Source: Fistulifera solaris
Taxonomy: Eukaryota
Assembly (NCBI GenBank): GCA_030295235.1
Contig: AP026128.1
Span: 1,054,001-1,118,000 of the forward strand
Direction: 5' to 3'
Length of the DNA stretch: 64,000 bases
Translations under genes and position numbers: made by a program
Notes under the pieces: generated by a model
The model's input: only the letters and a program-made list of their open reading frames with translations
Database searches by the model: none
What the model was told of the DNA's origin: nothing
In this document: positions 11,481-21,512 of the stretch, in pieces
Numbering within the stretch: position 1 is the first letter of the stretch
Layout: every line of letters begins with the position of its first letter

Positions 11481-11840
11481 CAAAAAAATGTGGGCGTGTG
11501 GTAATTTCACGTCTCCAGAAAATGTGGGGGTGTGGTACCGGTAATTGTTTCACGTCTCCAGAAAATGTGGGGGTGTGGCAATCTCACCTGTCCAGAAAAT
11601 ATGGGTATGTGGAAACTTCACGTGTCCAGAAAATGTGGGAGTGCGGTTTCTCAATTACCCAGATAATGTGAGTGTGTGGTTTTTCACGTATCCAGAAAAT
11701 GTGGGGGTATGGTTATATCACGTATCCAGAAAATGTGGGCGTTTGGTTATATCACGTATCCAGAAAATGTGGGGGTGTGGTAGTGTCACGTGTCCAGAAA
11801 ATGTGGGAGTGTGCTATTTTCATGTCACCGCAGAAAATCT
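11481..11840. repeat. Minisatellite, ~10-11 copies of a ~34-bp unit (consensus ~TCACGTnTCCAGAAAATGTGGGGGTGTGGTnAT)
   Basis: CAGAAAAT-type cores start at 11516, 11559, 11593, 11627, 11660, 11693, 11727, 11761, 11795 and 11831. Confidence 0.95.
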
Positions 11841-12108
11841 TGACGCTCCCTTTTTTCGTAAACTGAAATGACGCTCCGCGCCGATGAGACCCACTTCGCT
11901 GAAAAGGAGCGAAGTAAAACATGTTTCCTCTTTTATTGCTAAAGTGTGATCAAACGTAAGAAAAGGAGCTAAATATGACTGATCGAAACTGTGGTACCAT
12001 CGCCGATGCTGAAACGGCTTCACAATGCGATCGTGACGGAACGTTCACGTAAGCTCATTTCTTTGCGACACACTTCGAACAGCTTTGAAGTAAAAGACAA
12101 GCAAAGGA

Positions 12109-12972
12109 ATGACTTTTCGCTCTTGCGCTAGTTGCAACCGATGGTTGACGAAAACAAGCTTTTCGGAATATCAGTGGGAAAAGGGAATTGGTGGTTGTAT
12201 TTGCGACTCCTGCACGGGAGACGCTAATCAAACGAGCCGCAGAAACAACGCAAATAGTGCAACGTTCCTCAATCAAGATCTTGACAAGCCTTTCGCCGAA
12301 GGCGCCTTTCGTTGGGTAGCCAAAGGCACTTACACTGACGGACAACGTCGTGGCGAAGCTTGCGTTTGCAAATGGTTTAAGACAGGTCACGTCATGGAGA
12401 CTCATTTCTACGACAGCGATCTGAAAACTTCGAATGAAGCCATCCGTCTCATCACGAAATGGAATGATGCAAAATTGATCGATCGCACAATCAAAGTGAA
12501 TCTCCCCGAAGTGTGGGTTTTCTCGAAGAAGAGTGGCGAGTGGGCAGGCAAGAAGGTCCTTCAAGAACCTTTCATTGAAAACTATCAAAAGTTCAATTCG
12601 AATTCTGGATGGGCCGACGACAGCTTTCCGTGGGCCCGCGTCATGCAAGCCCTATCGCACTTCTCTTACCACATGTCTGGTGGGATCACGTTGCTTTGTG
12701 ACTTACAGGGAGGCGTTTACAAAAACGGAGTTGTTTTGACCGATCCCGTCATCTTGTCGACTACTCGTGAATACGGACCGACCGATCTCGGATCGCAAGG
12801 CATTAGTTCCTTCTTCAGCAGCCATGTCTGCAACGAATACTGTCGCAAAGAGTGGCGCCGTCCTCGAGATCAGAATCGCTATTTCAAAAAAACGGCTCGC
12901 ACTTCCATGGAACATCACGTCCCCATTCGCCCGAGTCGTCCCCACATGTCCATGGGTCCTATTTACGAGTAG
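12109..12972 (+). CDS. Alpha-kinase (eEF2K/MHCK family) with N-terminal Cys4 zinc-finger (Stc1-like), copy 1
   Basis: PFAEGAFRW, CVCKWFK, QEPFIENYQKFNSNSGW, QALSHFSYH, LLCDLQG, LTDPVI, GPTDLG..GI..FF..HVCNEYC. N-terminal CASC...FSEYQW.KG..CICDSC. Confidence 0.92.
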   Translation: MTFRSCASCNRWLTKTSFSEYQWEKGIGGCICDSCTGDANQTSRRNNANSATFLNQDLDKPFAEGAFRWVAKGTYTDGQRRGEACVCKWFKTGHVMETHFYDSDLKTSNEAIRLITKWNDAKLIDRTIKVNLPEVWVFSKKSGEWAGKKVLQEPFIENYQKFNSNSGWADDSFPWARVMQALSHFSYHMSGGITLLCDLQGGVYKNGVVLTDPVILSTTREYGPTDLGSQGISSFFSSHVCNEYCRKEWRRPRDQNRYFKKTARTSMEHHVPIRPSRPHMSMGPIYE

Positions 12973-13517
12973 GAGATCAACCGTTTGTTTTAGAAAATTG
13001 TGTGCTTGCTTGTGAGAAGTTGACGATGATTATTTAGGGAATAGTGCTGTAGATCAAGTCGGAATCAACGGCTTTTAAAAACTAAATTTCTTTAAACCTT
13101 AGGTTTTGGCTCTACTTGTATCTGTTGCTTTTTACTAAATACACCATAGATGCTACGTCCGCGTCAACCGCATTTTTTGAATGGTCGAGAACATGTGTTT
13201 GCTCGTCGAGGTATTGAGAAACAAGACATGGTGCGTAAATATGGCATGGAGAAGCTAATTCCTCTATCTCGGAATAGTGTATCTAGTCTACGTACTGGCG
13301 CTGCTCGCTTTTTGTGTCTCTGCGTCCTCGACAAAGTAATCACACGAAGCGACCCAGTTTCAGCGATTTTCCCGCATACCCCAAAAGTAGTGACAACCTC
13401 GAAACGGAAGGGCGTTGGTGCAATCACAACAAAGTCTGAACAAATCGTGGTCAACCGCAAACGAACAACCCAAAAAGCTCACAAAAAATATCGAGAGGCG
13501 AGAGTGATAGCGTGAAA

Positions 13518-14536
13518 ATGGCGTCCCGCACATGTAAGAGTTGCGATCACTCATTGAAACGATCATCATACACGGACTATCAATGGAGCAAGGGAAACGG
13601 AAATTCAAACTGCAGCACTTGCCTGGTAACCAAAACTAACCATCGATCAAGCTCCAGTAAGTCGACTTGCCAAGGGGCACGTCGCAGTCCTCTCGTCACG
13701 ACAGCGCGAGTCGAGCAACCTCGACGACCATCCCGACTGCTAATCACAAGAGCTCCAGTAAAGCTACCAGTACAGTCACCTCACTGACGAATGCGACCCA
13801 AACAGCCCGTCTTAACAAGTCCCATAGAGCGACGATTCCCACCGAGGCTCTGAATAACCCTTTTGCTGAAGGCACATTTCGCTGGGTCGCCAAAGGCACT
13901 TACACCGATGGGCCACGTCTCGGAGAGCCATGTGTTTGCAAGTGGTTCAAAACAGGTCATGTCATGGAGGCGCAGTTTTTCGATACCGACTTGAAAACAT
14001 CCAAACAAGCCATTCGTCTTATTACGGAATGGAACGATGCGAAATTGATTGACCGCATGGTCAAAGTAAATCTTCCCGGAGTATGGACCTTCACTAGTGA
14101 CAGTAAGTGGGCGGGAAGAAAGGTCCTCCAAGAACCCTTCATCGAACATTACCAAAAATTCAATTCAAACTCCGGATGGGCGGATGATAGCTTTCCGTGG
14201 GCTCGCGTCATGCAAGGTCTATCCCACTTTTCCTATCACGCTTCCGGTGGAAAGACACTGCTCTGCGACTTACAGGGAGGTGTTTACAAGAACGGAGTAG
14301 TCTTGACCGATCCCGTCATCATGTCGAAGACTCGCGAATATGGACCGACGGATTTGGGACCCCGTGGAATCAGTTCCTTCTTTAGCAGTCATGTCTGCAG
14401 CGACTACTGTCGCAAAGATTGGCGACGTCCCAGTGACCAGACCCGTTACTACCCGCGAACGTCTCACACTTCCATGGAACATCATGTCCCCACCCGTACG
14501 AGCCGTCCCAATATGACGATGACTTCTTACAAATAA
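13518..14536 (+). CDS. Alpha-kinase with N-terminal Cys4 zinc-finger and Ser/Thr linker, copy 2 (tandem paralog)
   Basis: Same alpha-kinase motifs as copy 1. The N-terminal CKSC...YQWSKG...CSTC from ATG 13518 joins the 13667 ORF through a probable missing G in the G-run near 13675. Confidence 0.88.
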
Positions 14537-15087
14537 AAATCAGCTCGACTAAAGTTTTCAAGAAAAGTAAATTGCAGACTGATAACTTCAAACCGTTTGT
14601 CTTCGCTGCGCAATACACTGTATTCACTGTAGCGGCCATGTTTAGGATGAATAATGCCGCAAGGAATGGCAGCGTCCTAAAGATCTGAAACGTTAATGCG
14701 CACTACGTTGCGGTATAACCATGGAGAACGAGCAGGCTGGACGGCCCGTTCTCTCCGGCGCTGGTCGTCCCAACATGTCGCTTGGTCATGTTAGCAAGGC
14801 ATAATTCCCCCTTTGGCTTACGACACCTTTATGAATTTATCATTCAAGTCACAGTTTTGTCCCATAACTGTCGAGAAGCTTACAAAAATTTGCTAGGAAT
14901 TGGGTATAACTCGTGCAGTCTTCGATTTTCGCCTCAAAGTTCTTCGAAGTTCGAGTTCGCACAGACGAAATTCGTTGAAACATTTCATTCCATGTCGTGT
15001 GACACGCAGGAGCAAACCATATTCGTTTCTCCAACAATTTTAAATCAATCCAATAATAATATCATCATCATCGTTGTCTCCGTCACC

Positions 15088-15390
15088 ATGCCCAGTCTCG
15101 AAAAACTCATTTACATTCCTCACGGCCGTGTGAACGAACATCCTTTGACGATGGTTCTCATGGTCGACGGCGAAGCGTTCGGCAAATACAAGAAAGATCA
15201 CAGTATTCCTCTGGCGGAAGTAGTCGATTCCTTCGATGTGCTCAAATACGAAAATCCCGGAACAGCTGGTTTATTGAATAAGCCCTCTTATCAAGAGCTC
15301 AATGATGTCTTCGGGACGACCGACGAGTACAAGATTGTCGAGTACATGTTGGAATATGGGACGCTCAGCGGACACGTGCGTTCTTCTTGA
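15088..15390 (+). CDS. Small SBDS N-terminal-domain protein (Rtc3/YHR087W-like)
   Basis: KYKKDHSIPLAEVVDSFDV...G.L.KPS.QEL..VFGTTD...IVEYML..G is the SBDS-N/Rtc3 pattern; about 100 aa from ATG 15088. Confidence 0.8.
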   Translation: MPSLEKLIYIPHGRVNEHPLTMVLMVDGEAFGKYKKDHSIPLAEVVDSFDVLKYENPGTAGLLNKPSYQELNDVFGTTDEYKIVEYMLEYGTLSGHVRSS

Positions 15391-16150
15391 GTAGGCTGCT
15401 TGCTTTTATAGGATAAAGCTGTATAAGCACTAAGGTTATGAACATAAATAATTGTACAAAGTATTACTCCGTATTGCTTTTTTTCCCTATGTTTGTGAGC
15501 ACACGCTTTTGCTGCGTCCATCGCATCGATAAATAATGTCGGGACTCGATACCAGTGAAATGAGTCGTCGTCGCGTACCAAACCAGATTACACTTGACGC
15601 CATAATAGAAAGTAATACCAGATACCAGAGCAATGGATGCAAAATGCAAAATGCAATCTGTGATTGATGTATGCATCTTCAAACGCTACTGCAGTTCATT
15701 ATGTTGCGACATTGATAAATCAAGGAGATTGCATTAGCACGACGTATAAAATTATTGAAGATAAGAAGTCAAAACCAGAATAATTCGTGGCTGAAATGCG
15801 GTCACGATTAAAGGTCATGTTCACTTTGACTAATAGTAAATGCGGAATAAAAGGATTGCTGGACTTTCGTTATGAATAAACGAGACTTGCGCTTCAAAGG
15901 ATGCTAAGAGTAATTTTACTTTGGTGTTGATCGATTTGAGATTACAATCTTGCGAAAACTCGTATTTTGGAAGTAGTCTATCTCGCAAGCTCCTTGCTTC
16001 GTGACCATCATGTTTAATAAAACTTTGATCCAAACAGTTGGTTCTACCAATCCACGACTGGATTTCAGTCAAGAGACTCAATCAATCCTTCTGTACACGC
16101 ATCCTGCGGCGCTTAGTTTTTGACTTTTTTCGCGTTTGATTATAGTCTCA

Positions 16151-16357
16151 TCTATCTATCTATTTATCTATCTATTTATAATAGCGCGCTGTGTCCGTGT
16201 GTGTGTGTGTGTGTGTGTGTTTGTGTCACGTAACGTAACGTAACGCTGGTCCCGGGTGTCTGAATCACGGGTGTGACGCTATCCCCGGGGATCGAGCCCC
16301 CGCTTGCGGGAAGGGCGAGAACGAAAAAAGCTCCCCACATGGCCGCAGGCGGGCTAG
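16151..16357 (+). mobile_element. Non-autonomous Helitron-like element (207 bp)
   Basis: 5' TC, 3' CTAG, inserted between A and T with no target-site duplication. Subterminal hairpins CCCGCTTGCGGG (16299-16310) and CCGCAGGCGG (16343-16352). The empty site AGTCTCA/TTATAATAATAAA is present in satellite copy 3. Confidence 0.88.
16191..16226. repeat. (GT)n microsatellite inside the Helitron-like element
   Basis: Run of GT dinucleotides, preceded by (CTAT)n-like and followed by (GTAAC)3 short repeats. Confidence 0.9.
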
Positions 16358-17528
16358 TTATAATAATAAACTGAAAGCTAGTTATGCTCTCATCTTGGAA
16401 TTTCGCACAACTGCGATTTCAGCCGGCAATATCTTCGAGTCCTGACCTTCATGTTTTTACTATCATCCAAACAGTTGGTTCTACCAATCCACGACTGGAT
16501 TTCAGTCAAGAGACTCAATCAATTCTGTTGTACACGCAGTCTGCAGCGCTTAGTTTTTGACTTTTTTCGCGTTTGATTATAGTCTCATTACAATGATAGA
16601 TCTTAAGTTAATCATGCTCTAACCTTGGAATTTCGCGCAATTGCGATTTCAGCCGGCAATGTCTTCGAGTCCTGACCTTCATGTTTCTACTATGACCCAA
16701 ACAGTTGGTTCTACCAATCCACGACTGGATTTCAGTCAAGAGACTCAATCAATCCTTCTGTACCCGCAGCCTGCACCGCTTAGTTTTTGACTTTTTTCGC
16801 GTTTGATTATAGTCTCATTATAATAATAAACTGAAAGCTAGTTATGCTCTCATCTTGGAATTTCGCACAACTGCGATTTCAGCCGGCAATATCTTCGAGT
16901 CCTGACCTTCATGTTTTTACTATGACCCAAACAGTCGGTTCTACCAACCCACGACTGGATTTCAGTCAAGAGACTCAATCAATTCTGTTGTACACGCAGT
17001 CTGCAGCGCTTAGTTTTTGACTTTTTTCGCGTTTGATTATAGTCTCATTACAATGATAGATCTTAAGTTAATCATGCTCTAACCTTGGAATTTCGCGCAA
17101 TTGCGATTTCAGCCGGCAATGTCTTCGAGTCCTGACCTTCATGTTGTTACTATTTATTCGCTTGCATGATTTATACTTTATGACTTTTTTAGTCGTTACT
17201 AGGGGAGTCCGCACGGCGCCACTAGCGCTCTTATTCCACAATGGTTATTACTACCTCTCTAGTAATTCGGTCTAGACTACAGTAAATACGGAGTAAAAAA
17301 TACCCTTACGGAGCAACAAAGATGGTTCGATCGGTTAGGGCTAAGGTTTAGCCAGAAACTCACCCCGCACGACTGACACTCCTCCTCCTCTCGCTCTTCG
17401 GGACGCGACGCAATGCAACGCAATAATGATCTCTGCTGCTAATGTTGTTATCACTTTTCACCGCTCTACATGCAACAATGAAATGATTATTTTGTCGTAT
17501 TCATCATAAATTCATTCATCATCTTACC

Positions 17529-19881
17529 ATGGCGTCCCAGGAGCAAATATTGGACTTAAAACGCAAGGCGTTGGCTTGCAAAAGAGAGGGAGACATTGAG
17601 GCGGCCAAGTCGTACCTCCGGCAGGCCAAGCAACTCGAACAAAAATGCAGCTGCCGAAACGAATCAAGAAAAGTCTCCTTCTCAAGTTGAAAAACAACAA
17701 CAGGAAATGCCAGCATGCAGAGCTACCGTTCAACAGGAAGATGTCACTGACGATGTCGTGGATCAAGAGGAAGACGATAATGATGACGCCCCACGCTACG
17801 AAGATCCAGTCAACAAGGCCATCGATGAAGCTAATTTGGAAGAGCTAGACCACAAAGACGTCCGATTTTCCGACACTGAACTAATAGACTATGAGGCCAT
17901 GCAGGATATGAGAGAAATTATGAGCGAACAGTTTCCCACAGAAGCATTTTATCAAGAACGAATATTGGCGAACAAACGAGCGGCACTCGAGAAAAAGCAG
18001 AACAATGATATTCCGGCTGCCAAACAACGTCTCGTGATTGCCAAACAGCTAGAGAAAGCGTACACAATACTGTTTCAGACGTCACAAGTCGACCAGGAAG
18101 ATGATGGAGAAGATTATAGTTTACTCGATGAATTATTCGCTGCGGATGGTGCGCACTCGGAAAATGACGACGGATTTTTTGAGCAGCTGTTTGGAAAATC
18201 GGCGACAGTTCTAGAACTGGATGACTTGGATGATATGGATGCAGCGTTGCTGAAAGATATGATGGATGCTGGTATGCAAGTTCCCAGTGTCGAAGAGGTG
18301 ATGCAATCGGCTGAGGAACGGAAAGTCGCTGCAGTGGCTTTCAAGAAGGACGGTAATCTGGAAGCAGCAAAGGCAGCGTTGCTCGAGTCAAAGCGATTGA
18401 CCGGTAAAGCCAATCAGCTGTCGACTCTTTTGCGAGCGATTGAAAACGGAGTATCAGAAGAACTGGATCCGGAAGTTGCGCTTGGAGATCTGTTGAAAGC
18501 GGGCGACGAAAAGAAGGTGCAATCAAAGATTAAAGAAGAAGTATCGCCGACAAAGAGGCTATTGTCTTCTGCAGAGTACAGAGAACAAGCTGTGAAACTT
18601 AAACAATTAGGAAATAAAGACGCGGCTATTGCTGCGTTACGATTGTACAGAGAGGCCCTGGCTGAAGAGGAGAAAGCGAAAGTCGCTGCACAAAAGAAGG
18701 AGTGGATTATTGAGCTACAGAAGGAAGCTGCTCTAGCACACGAGCAAGCCCGAAGATTTGTGTATTATACTCGCTTTATGGATGAAAAGGTTGGATCCGC
18801 AATGACTTCGGCCTGGAGACTTTACGCCGAGTCATGCTCGTCTCACGCAAAGGACTTGAGTTTGGGCGTCGAGTCGGCTTCTTTTCGACTAGGACGACGA
18901 CTGGAGAAGAACGGTTTACGATCGATCGCAGATTCGGAATACAATTTCTTGGGAAAGTCATGCGACCCGAGTGAATGTCGGATCGAAGTATCGATTCTCG
19001 AACTGATAGATTTACACAACAACAAGCGTTTGTGTGAAGCAGTTGGGGCAGCCCCTGAGAAAAATTCTGAGGGACAAGAGCTCAATCTGCCGAATGCAAC
19101 ATCCATTCGGGTAGTGATGATAATTCACCTTCCTCGAAGTGCTGAGGTCGCAGATGAAAGCGAGCAAATCCTGACCTTTACAGCCAATTTATTATCAAAT
19201 GATACGAAGAAGTACATCTTTGGTCCATCGCAATACATTCACGCGGAACGAGGTACAAGTCGTTTTGCGAAGTTATTTGCTCGTCGACTATCCCGAAGGC
19301 GATGCGTTGCCATTGAGGTAATCTACTCTCAAACGATTGTGACGAAAGGCTTATTTTCGACATCCTCAACGACGGAAGAGATCTCGCTGGGCTCGGCTGC
19401 GTTCGAGCTGACAGCGTTGCAAGAGAAGAACTTCATTGCAATGGATCTCCCTCTGTTTGAAGCACGGCGAGAAGTAGGAGGCAAGCTCCGTTTAGCCATT
19501 CGATCTGGCTCGCCGTTTGGTGAAGCATCGAATGTATCCACCGACGGTGGCCAAGAAGAATCAACTGACCCTGGTCAAAGTCCTAATTTTTGGAGAACTA
19601 TTCGCAACTGGTATTTTTTTAGATCTTTTCGGTCGTCCTATCGTAAGGATGAACAAAATAGCATTGTAATTTTGACACAAAGTGTAAATAATGGCGGTTC
19701 GATTTCTTTTCCACCGTACTTAGCTTTTTCCGTGACTGGCCAGTCTTGCAGCTTGTGTTTTATGCGTTCCGCCGTTTTTTTTTTGCACAGCAAAAATTGC
19801 AACATTACAAATGATTGCAAATGCAAATGCTTTCTACCATCAGTCTTCGTTCTTCGTGCCACAATAATTACGAAAAGATAA
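17529..19881 (+). CDS. CC2D1/Lgd-like protein with DM14-type helical repeats and C-terminal C2-like domain
   Basis: Repeated motifs KRKALACKREGDIEAAK, KRAALEKKQNNDIPAAK, KVAAVAFKKDGNLEAAK and REQAVKLKQLGNKDAAI; C-terminal ISLGSA..EL..L...RREVGGKLRLAIR. ATG 17529 joins through an A-run shift near 17641; the true 3' end is uncertain (~19600-19881). Confidence 0.6.
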
Positions 19882-19884
19882 AAA

Positions 19885-20649
19885 ATGCCATCCTCTAGTC
19901 TGGACGGTATTCTGTTGCGACAAACATGGTTTCTCTATCATCTACCTCCCACAACTCACGCCAGGCGAAAACAGCTCACCGACAAGAAAGCCTCGCGAGC
20001 ATTACAGAGTGTGGGTGAGAACACAACCTACGTATCATGGAAGTCCGCTAGTAAAGAAGCGAAAAGTCACGATTATTCCATATGGCACTTACAGTCATTC
20101 TCGAAAGAAGATGAAACGATGGTCGCAGAAGTCGTGGCGTTTTGGGAGGAACGAATTTGCTTTGCTCGAGGAAAAGCGAACTGGTACAAAGCAGCGATTC
20201 GGTGGATAGGATGCGAGGATCATCGCTGTCAGTGGAGTCAGACCGAAATGACGTTGATGGTAGCGCAATTGCTTCGCGACTCTGTTCGAGAGAAAGACGG
20301 CACGGCCACCACTCTTGTGTTTCAGGTTCCGGCGCATTTGATTGATTGCGGCTTGGAGACAGTTTCGTTGAGTATCCCGCCAGCAAACATGAGTCAATTT
20401 TGTCAGAGTATAGAAGAGAGCCGTCCTTTGGGAGAAGATGGCTTTCCAGTCATCCGGGCGTTGCAAAACTTTGTGCGGCAAAATTTCAATCTGAATCTAC
20501 AAACCTTTCGTCTCACGAAGTTCACAACCCCGCAAGCTTCCATAGACCAGGATGGTCGAATTCAACCTTTAAATGGTGTGTCCGCGCTTGTGAAAATTGT
20601 AGCAGAACGACTAGCAACTCGTCACGGAGGCTCTATTGGAAATAATTGA
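19885..20649 (+). CDS. CENPL: Centromere protein L (CENP-L/Fta1/Iml3)-like kinetochore protein
   Basis: N-terminal LLRQTWFLYHLPP and C-terminal SLSIPP...ALQNFVRQNFNLNLQTFRLTKFTTPQASIDQDGRIQ resemble, from recall, the conserved CENP-L blocks. Not database-verified. Confidence 0.6.
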   Translation: MPSSSLDGILLRQTWFLYHLPPTTHARRKQLTDKKASRALQSVGENTTYVSWKSASKEAKSHDYSIWHLQSFSKEDETMVAEVVAFWEERICFARGKANWYKAAIRWIGCEDHRCQWSQTEMTLMVAQLLRDSVREKDGTATTLVFQVPAHLIDCGLETVSLSIPPANMSQFCQSIEESRPLGEDGFPVIRALQNFVRQNFNLNLQTFRLTKFTTPQASIDQDGRIQPLNGVSALVKIVAERLATRHGGSIGNN

Positions 20650-21512
20650 GGGAGATATACGCGGTCTGTGGAGTCGGTCGTTTTATGAAAGAATACTCCG
20701 TACTTACTATCCCCTACTGTCATGGTTCTTCTGAATCTGGACCTTGATTGAAATCCGATTGATGAAAAGTTAATTGCCATGTGCATGAGATCTATTTCTG
20801 TGGCAAGGTCCGGAGTATTAAGTGAGGGTCTTTGACAATGATCCTATTCTTCCGAGATAATCTTAATTTTCATAATCTACCTGCGATCCAACCTTCCGAC
20901 GCTGTTGAGAGTTTTAAACATAACAGCTATGCTTCTTATCTTTGACGTCAATGATTGTAAAAGATCTTTCCTGTTTTCGAGTGCAATTTTCTTGGTGTCG
21001 GCCTCGCTAGGACTACCCTCTATTTTACATCGAAAAAAATTAACCGTGGTCGACATTTATGTCATTCAAACAGGCGACTTCATCTTCTGCTTCACAGCGC
21101 TACAAACTTCGTGATGGTGCTATGAGCGACGATGAATCATCTACAATTGAATCAAGCTCTTCTGGCGTTCAAAACCCCTTCATTTGATCCCCTTTGAGTT
21201 GATACCGCTGTTGTTATTAACAAATGGCGGGGTTGAGGCTTAATCCAATTTTCACTGCGCTTACAATGCAGTTGTCGATTTTCTAGAAATGGGTCCTAAG
21301 AACGGACTATACTACATACATAGTTCGTATCAATAGTTGTGTTGGGACTGGATTGTTGATGTGAGTCATGAATGACGTGGACCGTTATCATTTTATCATC
21401 GAGAAAATAAGCATTTGCATTTACTTGTAAGTTAGCGAAATCGATGAGTTGCTTATCAATTAGCAAAAAGATCACGACATTTATCGTAAATAGTAAAGCC
21501 ACATGACTAGTG

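Larger units (their letters stand above)
16031..17153. repeat. Tandem satellite, four copies of a 230-bp unit in A-B-A-B order
   Basis: Units start CAAACAGT at 16031, 16468, 16698 and 16928, a 230-bp period once the 207-bp insertion in copy 1 is removed. Copies 1/3 and 2/4 share diagnostic variants. Confidence 0.95.

Noticed and set aside
11481..11840. CRISPR array
   Set aside because: Units abut with no unique spacers, there are no cas genes, and the context is eukaryotic; it is a minisatellite.
11545..11871. Cys/Tyr-rich repeat ORFs
   Set aside because: Translation by-products of the 34-bp minisatellite, whose period is not a multiple of three.
14782..15087. N-terminal extension of the SBDS-N ORF
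   Set aside because: It starts at a non-ATG codon and lacks domain similarity; ATG 15088 fits the family size.
15830..16081. 83-aa minus-strand ORF
   Set aside because: It begins inside the satellite unit, has a non-ATG start and shows no protein-like motifs.
16151..16357. tRNA-derived SINE or structured RNA gene
   Set aside because: No clear A/B boxes, cloverleaf, poly(A) tail or TSD; the termini fit a Helitron.
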